DNA of 58,304 nucleotides from Phoronis australis (Eukaryota; Animalia; Phoronida), in contig NMRA01000629.1 of assembly GCA_002633005.1 (NCBI GenBank), forward strand, positions 182,535-240,838, written 5' to 3'. Under the pieces are notes generated by a model. It was not told the DNA's origin and ran no database searches. It saw only the letters and a list, made by a program, of their open reading frames with translations. A program made the position numbers and the translations under genes. Positions 1 to 12,949 of the stretch are shown in pieces; within the stretch, counting starts at the first letter, position 1, and every line of letters starts with the position of its first letter.

Positions 1-926
1 GTGTATGGTTTACCATTTGAGGGCCCTGACCAGGACAATTGTTGTTAGGGTCTCTGTTTTTGCAGCATAGGTCGTCTAAGCGCTCTTGAAAATGTGCACT
101 TAACCATTCATAAATGTATTTCGAAAATTCGAGAAAATTTGTACACCAAAAATTTTGCGGAGCGTATTAAAAAAGCATGCCACCCAAAAACAACCTAAGT
201 TGTATCAATTTAGATCGAATAGTTCTACTCCATAACAGCACGCGCGGTTGCGTTACCTGACACCTGACGGCAGACTGAGGTTTTGAAATTATCCAATGAC
301 GTAATTGGTTTCACACGCAGTCTGTTCAGCAGTTCACAACACGGGTTACTGGTGTCAGCTTATCGCTTGAATTCATCGTTTTACACCAATAAATCATCAA
401 ACTCCGATGTAAAACCCTTAAAAATACACCGAGTTCGTATAAAAACGTGCTGTTTTATTTCGCTGTTACGGATTTATTGGTATTTGGACACGGCCGTAGC
501 CTACAACGGCTCGACATTCCAATAAGGTCCGTAGCAGGAGTTTGGGGTCTTTTCGGAGATAAATTCGAAGTATTTTTCGTGTGATACAGACAGGAGAACC
601 TAGTCTGTGCTGTTTAGAATTGCGATTTTTTGAGTTCTAACCACGCAAAACGCTCGTTATCCTGGCCAGTGGCTCGGAGCCCGGTCAGGCCCGTCGCGGC
701 CGGCAGGATTCACTCGTTATCCCGACCAGTGGCGCGGAAACTGATCAGACATCACGAACATAAACCAGTCAAAATTGGAAACTAAACTTCTAGTCAGGAA
801 AATACTATACTAGTGAGCCAAAATAATGTGCACGTGATTATGTTGGTGAATTAGCCACGAAACTGCAAATCTACTTACTCTTCGGGGCCGCGAATTCCGA
901 TTCCGCTTTGTCCACAGCACCGTCAA

Positions 927-1279
927 CATGCTCACACCCAGCCTTCAATATGGGGGGGCTCGAATTTCTGACGTTGTGGACCTTTTGGTAACAAAAAAGC
1001 GGGTGAGCTAAAAAAAACGGGGCACCAATGTGAACTGCGCGATTGTGCTTATTTAGAGGACTTTAGTCTCATTTTCTCGGACTTTTTGTTTCCCAGAGGC
1101 GGACCTTTTTGCCCACTTCGCCACTTTGCCCTAGCTCGTTCGAGCCCCCGAGCCCCCCTGGGTGCGCGCATGGTCAGGGTAGAAGCTGATTTTTGTTTCC
1201 CAGAGGCGGACCTTTTTGTCCACTTCGCCACTTTGCCCTAGCTCGGTCGAGCCCTCGAGCCCCCCTGGGTGCGCGCATG
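927..1279. mobile_element. MITE with CATGCGCGCACCCAG-type TIRs inserted in the Kolobok element
   Basis: Absent from the paralogous Kolobok copy (empty site near 35150). TIRs are catgctcacacccag / ctgggtgcgcgcatg and flanks are gtcaa/gtcag. A second copy lies at 22463-22730. The right end is tandemly duplicated (~1084-1296). Confidence 0.75.
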
Positions 1280-1644
1280 GTCAGGGCAGAAGCTGTACAT
1301 TGACAATCATTATTTGAATAATGTAAATATAAATAAAGATTCCCCTAACACCAGGCCGTGGGATGGAAATCGAGTTGTTTCACAACAGTTTCTGCCATCT
1401 AACACTAAATTAGCATGAGTTCACACGGCCTCGGTGTCCCGTCAATTAGTTTTATTGAACTTAAAGCCGGTAACGCAGGGATTTATTCATTGCTGGCTTC
1501 TCAAATCATGTTTGCACTCAGGAACACTCCAAAGGCATTACAAATTGCATCTAATGAGACAGACTTTGTTTCAGTTTGATATAAGTATTGGTTAGGGTGA
1601 GAATAATTCATTTTGAAACAGAACGCTCAGTGACAAACGTCAAC

Positions 1645-1830
1645 ATGACAACTCGCAATCCCCCGCGACTTAGACGAGAGCTCATCAGTCCCGACGAAGA
1701 CTTCGCAGGTGGATCGTTAGGTTACACAGGCTATCAGTTCGAACAGGAATACAGTGATGAAGAAATACTAAAGAGGCGTCGTGAACAAGCTCAGACAACG
1801 GAACGTAGGGATAGTTATTTGGCAAGCTGG
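1645..1830 (+). pseudogene. N-terminal remnant of a Kolobok accessory (KolX-like) ORF
   Basis: MTTRNPP...GYQFEQEYSDEEILKRRREQ resembles the YxFEP acidic N-terminus of the second ORF of Kolobok elements. It is convergent with the THAP remnant. Confidence 0.35.
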
Positions 1831-1847
1831 GATTCGTCAGGCACTCA

Positions 1848-2256
1848 CGCGGCTGTCGACCACTGCAGGCCACAGACAAGGAGATGTTCCAAGGGCTCAT
1901 GCTTGCTATTTACAGCGTACTTTTCATTCTTCACTACTGCGATCCACTTCCTAAACATTTCGGACTCTCGAGGAAGTNTGATGAAGAAATACTAAAGAGG
2001 CGCCGTGAACAAGCTCAGAAAACGGAACGTAGGGATAGTTATTTGGCAAGCTGGGTTTTGTCAGGCACTCACGCGGCTGTCGACCACTGCAGGCCACAGA
2101 CAAGGAATACTTGCTATTTACAGCGTACTTTTCATTCTTCACTACTGCGATCCACTTCCTAAACATTTCGGACTCTCCAGGAAGTCGAAAAAACGATATT
2201 CCCGCTTTCCTCGCAGCTGCATAGCTCGCACAAGCGGGAACGATGCACCGCAACAT
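1848..2256 (-). pseudogene. THAP zinc-finger remnant (N-terminus of a Kolobok-type protein)
   Basis: MLRCIVPACASY...GISFFRLPGESEMFRKWIAVVK, continuing as ...HLLVCGLQW in the left duplicate. This is the THAP C-x4-C / FxxP / W / VCxxH pattern with the His lost. Confidence 0.7.
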
Positions 2257-2465
2257 AGCGGCATTCACTCTCATTTAGTGCAGATGAACCACTGACGTCG
2301 CTAGCGTCGTTTCTCACCTTCCTCACAGGTTAACGAGACACCTCTTGGCAAGATAAGGTCGACCGTGTGCGAGGCGATGTGGATTTAGACCAATTAATAA
2401 GGCAAAAAAGACTAATTAAATCGGGTGGTATTCTTCTTTTATTCAGTTCAAGTTTTTCAATGGTC

Positions 2466-2535
2466 CATATGCGGTGCACTGCAGGGGGGCTGAGGGGGCT
2501 TTAGCCCCCACTTTTTTAGTGCTGCGCCCTCTATA
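2466..2535. mobile_element. ~70-bp mini-MITE (CATGGGCGGCGCA TIR family), degenerate copy
   Basis: Similar to 22962-23030, 24843-24906, 30394-30460 and 30463-30530, with the shared core ggggctgggggctatagccccc. Confidence 0.6.
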
Positions 2536-2839
2536 CACCTCCGACATGACACTGCCAACTACTCACGAGGGGAAGTTGAGATTTCAAATTCATCAAAAAC
2601 AAAACATTCGTGCACAGCACAGGAGCTGTCTTGTAAGAAATGACGATGCGTCACTGAACTTAGTTGAAGGCTGAAGGACGGACTTGCAAAAATTCGAACC
2701 ATCATCAGACATATCGCAAAGAAGGACTCTAAACGATAACAGAAATTCAAAAATTTACAAACCGTAGATCGGATCGAAAGAGAAATTCAAGTTATTGCTC
2801 GTAAATTTGGATAGATTGTCTTTGCATTTCCTTGATGCT

Positions 2840-3400
2840 TGTAGTTCCCAGTAGTATTGTGCAATGAATTTAGGTTCTTCTAAACCGAATCGTTTGCTTG
2901 ACATTCCCGTGCATACTGCAAAGCCTGGACACGTCGTGACTCAGTGACGCACCCACGTTAAAAATAAGGTGTTGGCTGCCCGCGTAGAATCCGCGCACAG
3001 TGATTGACGGGAAAAGAACTTGAACTGCAGGAGTTGAAGTGTGTGCATTTTTGGGACACGCGTTCCATAGCATTTTCCCCAGCCGCCCGGCGGCAGAAGC
3101 TGGACCAGTGGCTGTGTTTCAACAATGAATTTTGATACAGCTCTATAGGCCAAGGATTTCGGGATCATATCTTTCAAAAAAATCTTCAGGAAATGACCGT
3201 ATTAAAATAAACTTTTCCCGAAACTGGGTCAAACAAAACGACCTTGGAGCCAGAACACGGGTATAGGTTCGAGTTAAGCCGCACGTCTCAAATGAATCAT
3301 AGCGGAGCTGACCAGCGACTAGCATTAGTTCGTCGAATTGCGCATGCATGGATCGGACTTCCCGGCGACTCGGACGCCACGACACCTGCCACCGGTGGCG
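2840..3400 (-). pseudogene. Highly degenerate DDE transposase C-terminal fragment (Kolobok/Mutator-like)
   Basis: KMLWNACPKNAHTSTPAVQV...TVRGFYAG resembles the IWxxCPK...AVxxFNxG motif of Kolobok/Mutator-like transposases. Many stops and frameshifts. Confidence 0.25.
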
Positions 3401-3949
3401 GGAGCAGCTAATTTCTTGACTAACACCTGCTTCTAAATCTGGATTTAAGCAAAATGACAAAGTCCACGCTTACACATATGCAAGCGTATCCAAATACAAT
3501 TAAATGTATTTTCATGTGAAACCATTCAATGTTCTTTGAACATTGACTTGTGTGAGTTCTTAATTTTCTTAGATCTGCCCAATCAGGTAGAACTGCGTTT
3601 CAAGTCATTCGCTATAGGCACCGGAGGGTTCAAATTGGAAGTTCGCGTCGTATGACATCGTATGACGTCATATGACGTAGGAGATGCGAGCCTCATTTGC
3701 ATATATAAGTGACATCTGTTGGTTCAAAAAAGAGGATCATGCCCGAGTACATGCCTGGGAAGAGGCATCTTTTTAAGGGTAAAACAAGTCATGTTCAAAG
3801 CATCCTAGTGCCATTAATATGCAATCTTTGAGGACCAAAGTGGTGTCATTTATAGCTAAAGGAATAAGCTTTCAAACACAATGCTTGGATTCCAGACGAC
3901 TTTAACATTTACTTTTGAAATCACTTTTGAATATCCGTTAAAATACGCT

Positions 3950-4200
3950 AAAACAGTTGTCCCTTCCTGGTTATCTCTTCCTGATAGGAGGCATATGTCT
4001 TCTAACTTCCTTCCGTCTGGGACATCTACGCTTATTAACTCTGAGAAGAAGCTGATAAGTGTCCCAGATGAGTCTTTCATCAGGATTTCCAGAGGCCTCA
4101 CTTTCCCTTTACTAAACAGTGCTGCCGTGACGTCACACCCTGTCATTGTATGCAATATTTCAGGCAATGCTGCAGCGATACCCCTTGTTACCGAAACGCA
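3950..4200 (-). pseudogene. Academ-type transposase XPG-like nuclease fragment
   Basis: ALPEILHTMTGCDVTAALFSKGKVRPLEILMK matches the HxxTGCDxxSxFxGKGK motif of the XPG-like domain of Academ proteins. Confidence 0.6.
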
Positions 4201-4699
4201 TTGTTGTTTATTATATTTTTTTAAATAGCATTGGGACTCCACCGCGTGGCTGCGTACCAAATTAGGGGTGATTTGTATTTTATCAGGGAAGACATTATGT
4301 CGGCCATCGACAAATGACTTCGCGAAACTAAAACATTGCAAACACTATACACTACACTGAATTTCTACATCATGTAAAAATTTCTTCAAAAAGTTACCAC
4401 TAGGCGAGTAAACTGTCTTACATCTTGACATCCGTCTGCTTTTCGCTTGTAGTGATCATGAGAGTAAACACAGGCTTTAGTGAACAAAGTTTTTATAATT
4501 AGTTTTTGTTTCCTGTGGTCCCGCTTTTTGCAGTTAACTTAATAAATACACCACTTTTGTCACCAATTGTGTACTTCGATTTTCGTGGTGCAATTTTTAA
4601 CATCTTGTTGTCCAGTTGTTTGGATTTCCCACCCGAGTACTTGAACTAGCAGGGGAAACTGCATGGACGATTGTACCTCCATTTTTAAGGTCCTTTCTG

Positions 4700-5300
4700 G
4701 GTTTTTGGCCCACTATTTCCGAGTAAAATTTGTCTTTCACGGGTCATTGGGTGTTCAGTGCAGCACGATTGTTGGTTTTAAATCAGTTTAAGCCGATGTA
4801 TTGAATCTCATGTAATTGTTTTTTGTGGTATCTCGAATGTATATGCTAGCTCATTTTTGGGTTTTTTTTGGTTTCTGCCGGACCCATTCCAGAGTGCAGT
4901 TTGTCTGTCATGGGTCATTCAATGTTCAGTGCGGTACTATTGTTCGTTTTAAATCAGTTTTGGCCGGTACCTCGAAAATCTAGTCTAGATCAAATTTTGA
5001 TGGCATACCGTGGTTGAGATTTTTGGGAGTTTCTGCCGGGCACAATCCAGAGTGTAATTTGTCTGTCATAGGGCATTTAGTGATCTGTGACATGTATTGA
5101 ATCATACGGAATAGGGTTTTGTGTGGTACCTGGAATGTATGTGCTAGCTCATTTTTGGGGGGTCCATTTTTGGTTTCTGCCGGACCTATTCCAGAGTGCA
5201 ATTTGTCTGTCATGGGTCATTTGGTGTTCAGTGCGGTACTATTGTTCGTTTCAAATCAGTTTTGGTTGGTACCTCGAATATCTAGTCTAGCTCATTTTTG
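4700..5300. repeat. Degenerate ~150-bp tandem repeat, about 4 units
   Basis: Recurring gtttctgccgg...ttccagagtgc...tttgtctgtcatgggtcatt at ~4871, ~5029 and ~5173, with a weaker unit near 4720. Confidence 0.7.
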
Positions 5301-5549
5301 GGCTCTTTCTAAGGCCCCCAGGGGTCACACCCAGAGTGCAGACAACGGCAGACGTCCATTTCTGTACATACTGAGGTGGACTTTAAATGCTGCCGTGGTC
5401 AGATGTTGGTACCTCGTTCATCTATGCTAAGTTCTCTGGGCTGCCGGTCTATTTATCCGCCAGTTCGATCGTGGGTTCGAGTCTGTGATAACTGTAGTTT
5501 TTCATGTTTGACACGTTCTGCTTTTTTTTGTTCTTTTTTCTTAATTGCC

Positions 5550-5683
5550 TTTTTTCTTGGATAATACTTCAGGAATCAAGGAAAATGCTTGATTTTTAGA
5601 GGAAAAAACATAAAATTTTTCCTGGGCGGGAGGGGGGCGAATCCCACTCCCGACCGCCCCCCATTCGGTGCTATGCGCATCTA
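5550..5683 (-). repeat. Fragment of the MITE family also present at 27440-27655
   Basis: tttttcttggataatacttcaggaatcaagg...cggtgctatgcgcatcta is the reverse complement of ~27522-27655. Confidence 0.7.
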
Positions 5684-6244
5684 ATCGACCTTTGCACAAA
5701 TGCAGGCTTTCAAGCGTTCCTACTTTTCCTACTTTTTCCTACTTTTTTGGCTTGTTTCTGCTTTTCCTACTTTTTTGTCATAACTGTAAAATTTCCGTCT
5801 AAGTTGTGTTTTTGGAGTAATGAGTAGTAGTTTTAGGTTATCAAGAGCAGCACACGAAGTTCTTACATTGTACTTGAGTACAAGTGATGGTAACCAAAGG
5901 ACCAGCCAGCATGACTTTATTCACACTTATGAGTGCAGAAGGTTTGTGTGCATAATTCTATCGTAAATCACCTTCCATTGAGGGACAGGGGCGTCTTAAT
6001 TGCACAATCCTGGGCTTTGGTCCCTGGGGTGGTCCAAAGGGGAACCAAAAATCCATTTTATTTCATTTAAATCACCACTCAAATTAAAATGATGCCAGTT
6101 AAGATGTGAAAATTCTTGGGGTTTATTAATTAAGATGTCTACTAATTAACAGGCAATTTATTTCAACTTTTAAGTGGGGACAAAAGTTCTTTTTTAAAAG
6201 ATAGCTTAGTAACTGTAGACACCATAATCACAACTTAAGACTTC

Positions 6245-7675
6245 ATTTTTCCTGGAGTATAACAAGACCCCCAAAAATGAACTTGTACAAAAGAGGAAAT
6301 ACGACAATTCTGATTTCTTCTACAGATAAAACGTTATTTGAAATGAACAAAAATATGACTTCAGACAAAAAATCCTTGTGTATTAATTTAAACACTTTTT
6401 AATTAACGACCGGTTAAGTGAAATAAAAATTATTCCAAAAGGTAGTTTAGCAAATTTGGACACCATATCTACAACTTAAGACGCAGTTTTTCCTTTGGTT
6501 TATAGATAAGACAGGGTTGTTTGGATCCTGAGGGATAATAAGACCTGTTGTAGGAGGCGAACTTGTTAGAAAAGGATCTGAAAAGAAAAGAGACCTGGTT
6601 CACGAAACAACTCGAGTGTGAGTCCATTGAGTTACATCCACGGTGTGGATGGAGGTTGGGCCTAGAGGACAAGGCATTCTATGCTATTTAAACGTAACTA
6701 ATACATGTACCTCGGCCTACACACGTTCATTGGATATAACTATACTTGTGCATTTGTAAATAAGGAAAGAGCAGGCCATGTGCAATCATGAAAAAGAGTG
6801 GTAAGTTTCAGAGAGCTTTTACTTCATTGAACCGCAATGTTCTATCAGAAGAAGTCCCGAAATCATGCATTATTTTGTTTTGTGTGTTGTACGGATCACA
6901 GAAACTTGTCCAACTAAACAAGCAAAGGTACAGTGTGGTTGACAAAACGCATTTGAGAAGCTTAAAAGCATCGAGGGCAGCAGTATTCCACCGTGTGAAG
7001 CTGAACTAAGCACTTCACATGGATAGAAGTGCATTTGTCTGAGACTATGGGGTACCGCTTATCTCCAAATCTTGGACATAATACCCACCAATGGATGGGG
7101 AAATATTGACGACAAATTTTGCATCATTTGATTCAGTGGACAGATGCACCCTGCACTCATTCCAGAGGTTCAAATCGAAACAGAGCCAGATGACAATGAT
7201 GGCGATGCTGAGAGAGATGACGGTATCAACAGTGATGTAGACTAAGATCATGATCCTCTAACAAGGGATATGGAATCATCTAATAAAGAGAGTGGGGACG
7301 ATCACGACTTAACTGTTTGCAGTTAAATTACAGCAGAGTGAATAATTATAACGTTTTGGATTGCGGTTTTATCTTATGAAACAATAGACTGTGCCATGCA
7401 TCACAATCCCATGTACTTTCCCTTGTTGCCACTGCATTGTAGATATGCTTCAAGCAGTTTAGCTCTAATTTGAAGCTAGCTAATATTTAGTTTCAGGTGT
7501 ATCCCAACTTATGTGTTGTTTCATTTTTGTTGTATTTGATAGTAAATTGGTCATATCTGCAAATGTATTTTTCTACATTTGAAATAATATGATTTACGCA
7601 TAGTAGTAATAAAAAAATTGTTTTTCTTTTTTATACAAGTTCATTTTTGGGGTCAAAATACACGGGACAAAATTA
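6245..7675 (+). mobile_element. Degenerate Academ-like DNA transposon remnant
   Basis: Inverted repeat gacccccaaaaatgaacttgta (~6267) / tacaagttcatttttggggtc (~7634). The internal frame MKKSGKFQRAF...FCVLYG...LNKQRY resembles the region after the Academ XPG-like motif. Confidence 0.45.
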
Positions 7676-7999
7676 GTTCAGAAAGCGATACGAAGTATTG
7701 TAGCTACCAACCTGCCAACCGAGTTGCTAAGTGTTGCCTAACCAACGGCTAGTTTTGCACCCGTGACGTGACGAGTGATAACAACACTAGAGAGGCCAGT
7801 GTGCTTTTTCAAAAATGTAATGCTATTTTCCGTATGTTTTCAGCCAGTCAACGGCAGTAGGTGTATTTGTGTCTGGTCCTGGCTGGTCGAGATCGTAGAG
7901 CTAAGCTGCTACGCCGATTAGACAGAAGATGTGTGGGAACCAATAAGACACATTTTGGGGAAGTTTTTTTTAATTAGGACAGGTGAAGTAATGAAATGT

Positions 8000-9580
8000 A
8001 AGCTGACGGGCAGTAAGTTTAACTATACATGTATGTACAGAAAGTATTAGGAAACTGGAGGAATATGATTTGTAATAAGTACATAAAAAGAGCTTTGAAA
8101 TGAATTCGTTTGACTGGCCGTTGAGGTAGCAAAAACTGTAAAGGAATCAGTTGGACTTTTAACAGAATGTCCCGTGGCATGTGATGCTTGTTGATTAGGA
8201 GAGGAACTGTATGAGCTTGTAGGCTTTAAGTTTGTGGATCAGATGGTGTACGAGAAACTGCTTTTAATCAAGTTTAGATGATTGCAGCCAATTCTCGTTC
8301 TGTTGCTTATATATCATTAGGCTCAGTCTTGAGTCAAATACATCATTAGGCTCAGTCTTGAGTCAAATACATCATTAGGCTCAATCTTGAGTCAAATACA
8401 TCATTAGGCTCAGTCTTGAGTCAAATACATCATTAGGCTCAGTCTTGAGTCAAATACATCATTAGGCTCAGTCTTGAGTCAAATACATCATTAGGCTCAG
8501 TCTTGAGTCAAATACATCATTAGGCTCAGTCTTGAGTCAACTGGAAACTCACTCTCCCTGTGTCACACATTGGATGTTATGGTTCCTGTTCTTGGGTCAC
8601 GCTCAAATCCTCCTCCATTGAACCGGGGTTGTCGAGGGTTACAGAACACTATTTTCTTTTAATATTTTTTTAATATTTGTTAATAAGCCAAAACCGAGTT
8701 TTGTAACGTGCTTGCGCGGTATGTTTCCGGCTGTAGTAGTTGCGTGATTCAAGTGTTTGAACAGAGGTCACTGATGTTATGAGATAGAGCTGTATTGAGT
8801 GATTTATAAAGAATTGTAAGGCATGAGATGGTAAACAGATCCTCTTGATGAAGAAGGTTAAGCTCTTTAAAAAGCTGTTCAGTGTAACGATAAAATCGGA
8901 AATTGCTTTTTCTGCTGCACTTTGATGCAATTATGACAGATATTGAAACCTCAGGTGGTAATCTAAGCTTAATGAAATGTGTTGGAATAAGTGCATTATA
9001 AAGTAAACGTAGGATTTCGTGGTAAAGTAGCATTTCAAGCGTGGAAGTGACCCACATGTCTTCACATGTTTGTTTGGCACCAGCCAGGTAGACTAAATCT
9101 AGGTAGTTCAAGGAACTGACTTGCTTTGATGAGTATTCCAGTTGAGGAGTGTGCCGTGAAATACGTAGATTATTTTGAGGGTGGTGCAAAACCACTTCAG
9201 TGGTCTTGGATAATTTTAGATTCCATTTGTTTACAATGAACCAATTGTTGAGGAGAGATAAATGGTTGTTAATGAACTCGGAAATTTTCTCAATGTGTTA
9301 TCGTGGCATTTGATGAGTGACACCAAGCCAATCAAGAGATATGTCGTAAATTAGGACTTCACATGAGGTGGAGTGCTGCAGAACGCTAACACGTAAGATA
9401 TGGTAAATAGATGGTCCTTGGGGGACACCAGGTTTACGCGAGAGGAAGCTAGTAACCCAATTTAGTTTCTTTCATGCCGTAGCAGTTCATTTTTTGTAGT
9501 AATACATTTTGTTGAATTGTGTCAAATGCTTTTGATAGGCCACCAAAATAGTTAGGGTAAGTTTTTGGTGAAATACGCAG
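8000..9580 (-). mobile_element. L2/Crack-group (CR1 superclade) LINE, degenerate RT and 3' part
   Basis: GLSKAFDTIQQNVLLQKMNCYG (DLSKAFD RT motif), LRLLYNALI and YTEQLFKELNLL...LFTISCL are typical L2/Crack/Daphne ORF2 motifs. Confidence 0.75.
8313..8540. repeat. 29-bp minisatellite, ~8 near-perfect units (catcattaggctcagtcttgagtcaaata)
   Basis: Directly visible head-to-tail repeats, one substitution in unit 3, no spacers. Confidence 0.95.
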
Positions 9581-12500
9581 CTTGCCATCACTTTTCCTGG
9601 GTATAGGCATAGAAGATTTCGCCACCTGTCTTCGCCTTCGCAAATTTCCCAATCCCCATTCACGCGCCTTTCTTGTAAATGTATGTTTCCATTGGATACT
9701 CTGCTACACAAATTTTGTCTTGGATTTTTGGCCGCATTTTCCTTAAATTTTGCTATATAGTGAGTGCCCACCCCAACCTTATGCATGTGTCGCCTATGAA
9801 TCATTGGTCACAATAAATACTCGAAAGTAATAAAGTACTGACAGGCTAAGACCACTGACTTTTACGTTGTCTCATGTTGTGTACATGTAAGTCCATCATG
9901 CTAAAAATGCCATCTTGCTTGTTTCTGTGTTTTCAGTAAAACGTTCTCGTCCAAACGTCTGTGCTCTCGAGTACGCTGATACAAGCGTGATGTATATGTA
10001 TGAGTTTTGAAATATATATGGTTGTTATTTTTTTCTTTTAGTAAAATGAATACAGCTTTTCCAAAATTTCACTCTAAACATCGTTTTAAAGGTTTTGCGT
10101 CTCCGAATTCATTTGTTAGGTGGCACTGAACAGTTAGGTTGTGGCCGCGGCCAATTTACTCTCCCAAACTATTGAAATCTAGGGGTAGGCCAGGCTTGTT
10201 GGCATTTTTAGTTAGGTATTGTATGTAGGCCAAGTGATTGTGGTATGTTTGTATTTGTGAACATGCTGAGAATAAGAAAGGCCAATTTCTCGGCTGCAGC
10301 TGCACTCTTCTTCAAGATGATGGCTCCCTGTTGCAATTGTGTGTTGCTGTGTAGTAACTGAGAAATTGGCCGCGATTTCAGGTAGCCCTCAAACACGCCA
10401 GATTTGCAAAAAACTAGTTAGTTGACAGTATTTTTGGACCACATTTTTGGAATCGGTAGGAAATTTTCTTCCCGAATCTAATGTTGGCTTTAGTCGAGCA
10501 TCGGCAGGGACGTGGTGGTTTTGGGGTGAAAAGTGACGATTTTTCATTTTTTGCCCTTATTTTTCTTAGTCTAGCTTGGTTTTAAGTGCGATTGAAAGCG
10601 TCAAAAATACAAGAGAAAATAAAGTTTCTGTGCTCATCTGTATAGAAAGGGTTCAGAGTCCATTGACGTGTGTTCTGTAGGTAAACTGTTCTGTGCCTCC
10701 TTTAGGAAGCCGGGTCGTTCAGTTGGGCAATGTTTCTCGACGTCAGCCGGGGAAAACCGGTGTCGACGTCGTCCTTGTTATTACAAATTTGATCTGAGCC
10801 CCAGTACAAGCCATTTTTCGCATTAGCGATGTCTTTGCGGCAATAAAACACTGGTTGAAATCATTTAAATGTCAAGAGCAGAAATTGGCATTTTTAACGT
10901 GTTTGGCTTCTGAGATTGAATGCCGTGTGAAAAGTTAGTGTAGAATACTTCTTTCTTTGAAGCACCAATGGAATTCCTACCCCGAGAGTCTGACCTCTTA
11001 CTACATGTACATATTAAGTGTATTGAGGACGATCTGAAACCAGAGACGCCTGTGGTAATTGGTGTAAGTCCTAAGTGTTTAAAGTAGTATTCAAATATAT
11101 TCTAAAATGCTCGTTGAATTCTTTGTGGGAAATCGCTTGCTTCACTCGCTTGCCTCGTACTTGGAGTGTGATCACGCATTATAATCTGGCAGTGCCGTTT
11201 AAAATATCCATCTTGTCAGTCATCTGGTTGTAGAAAGACTATGAGGGCACGCGCGTATTGATCATATACTCGGGAACCCAATGGTCGTCCGCCTAAGCAT
11301 AAAACCAGCTTGGTGTCGTACTCACCCAATTATTCCACTTCAAAGTTATGCTGTGAATAGGATTTGATTTTTAACTCTCACAAATATATAGTATTCGTTG
11401 ATTGAAACATTTTCTTTTACTTATGCCGAGTTGTTCAACTGTGCATTGCTTTTCGGCAGCCATTTTATAATGACTCCTATGGTCGTCATATGCTGCCGCC
11501 TTTTGAAAGAACAGAAAACCACACAGAAAAAGGCCAAGAAAATAGTGGATTGTAGTTTACAGCAATTCTACTTCAACCACAAACTGTTTTACTACTATGA
11601 TATCGATTTTTAAATCGATTCATATTGATTTAGAATTTCAGTTCTGGAAAATAAATCGCAATTGTTTTATTCCAGATAGACCTTACTTATTTTGTATTTG
11701 TGACCTCTTTATTTGACTTTTTGCTCTTGTTGTTCTTAATACCACTTATCTCTGCTGTCTTTTTCTTTTCAGTTTCTATTCATTCTCTGTTAACACGTTG
11801 TCAGCCAAAACAGAACTGTAACCCTTTGAGGACTTTGTCGGCGCAAGTTGATCATTGAACCTCGATACAATTGTTCTAATAAATTACCCAATATCGTATT
11901 GTTTGATTTTTTCTCACCTTTAACAGGCTTCTGCAATCATAAATAAATAAATAAATACCCAAGTTGCATTTGCATTTTATTGCTCAATCTCTTTATTTTT
12001 GATTATGTCATGCTGTGTTGTATGTAACAATGTAATATAGTGAAATAAAGTCAATGTTTTGCTTTATTGGTGGCCATTCTCTATCAATTCAAGTATTTTA
12101 ATTTTCTTCAAATAAATTCAAAATGCATTAACCAAAAATTTCAACATAAATGTTGAGCTCAGTACTTTGTTTTGCAATAAAAAACAAGTGGACAATATCG
12201 AACTGTTAAGCACCCAGTGTGTTCCATTTGTCTGCTGCGTTTTTCCGTCGGCCTAACGGGTGTCGGTTAGTGCCTGGGACAAATAGATACATTGCATAAA
12301 CAATCCCTGAGTTGTTTTTTATTCCGTCTGAAGAAAATTTAATTTCAAAAATATCTTCTGAAAATGAACAAAAAAGTGCATTAGTAAAATCTACAAGTTT
12401 TTAAGTGGTATCAAAAAAAAACCAGTCGGTAAATGCATTAATTTTAGTCTCAGTTCTTCCATGCGTGTTTCTCCCGAGAGGTTAGTACCTAACGTGCAGA

Positions 12501-12949
12501 CAAGCACTCCAAATTGGAACGCTAAGTTCCGCGTGGCTGCGCTGCACGCGAAAAAAATGGCGGACGACCTTTGGAGCCTGACGACGACAGGTATCCGGAC
12601 TACATTGTATAAGTGGGAAGAAGGTTAGAAACTCTGGCTACTACGGAGTTTTTCTTCGCGTACTTCAAAAATCGTAAATTTTGAGATATTTTTGGAAATT
12701 CCCACACAGAAGAAAGTAGATAACTCTGTAATAGACGTTGGGAGATGGTACTTTTTTACCATTTATTCTCCAAACATAACATTACAAATGGTTAACAATA
12801 ATGCTGCGGTAATGACATTCAAATATTACCAAACATTACCCAAATGTTAACGTTAGTGTTGAGGTACTTAATTTCATATGGTACACATACACACGTCAGC
12901 CACCCGGTGCAGGCTCCACTCAGATTAACTTTAAGTATACAATATGTAC

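Larger units (their letters stand above)
171..2437. mobile_element. Kolobok-type DNA transposon, internally deleted (family A, copy 1)
   Basis: TTAA at 167-170, then terminus aaaagcatgccaccc (aggagcatgccaccc in the second copy). An imperfect inverted terminus gggtggtattcttct at 2423-2437 is followed by TTTA. Positions 171-1655 match 34773-35911 in reverse. Carries a THAP remnant. Confidence 0.7.

Noticed and set aside
283-525. 80-aa ORF conserved with 35583-35801
   Set aside because: The similarity is explained by both lying in copies of the same Kolobok subterminal region; non-ATG starts and no recognisable domain.
8313-8540. CRISPR-like 29-bp repeat with an internal hairpin
   Set aside because: Units are head-to-tail with no spacers, there are no cas genes, and the context is eukaryotic.
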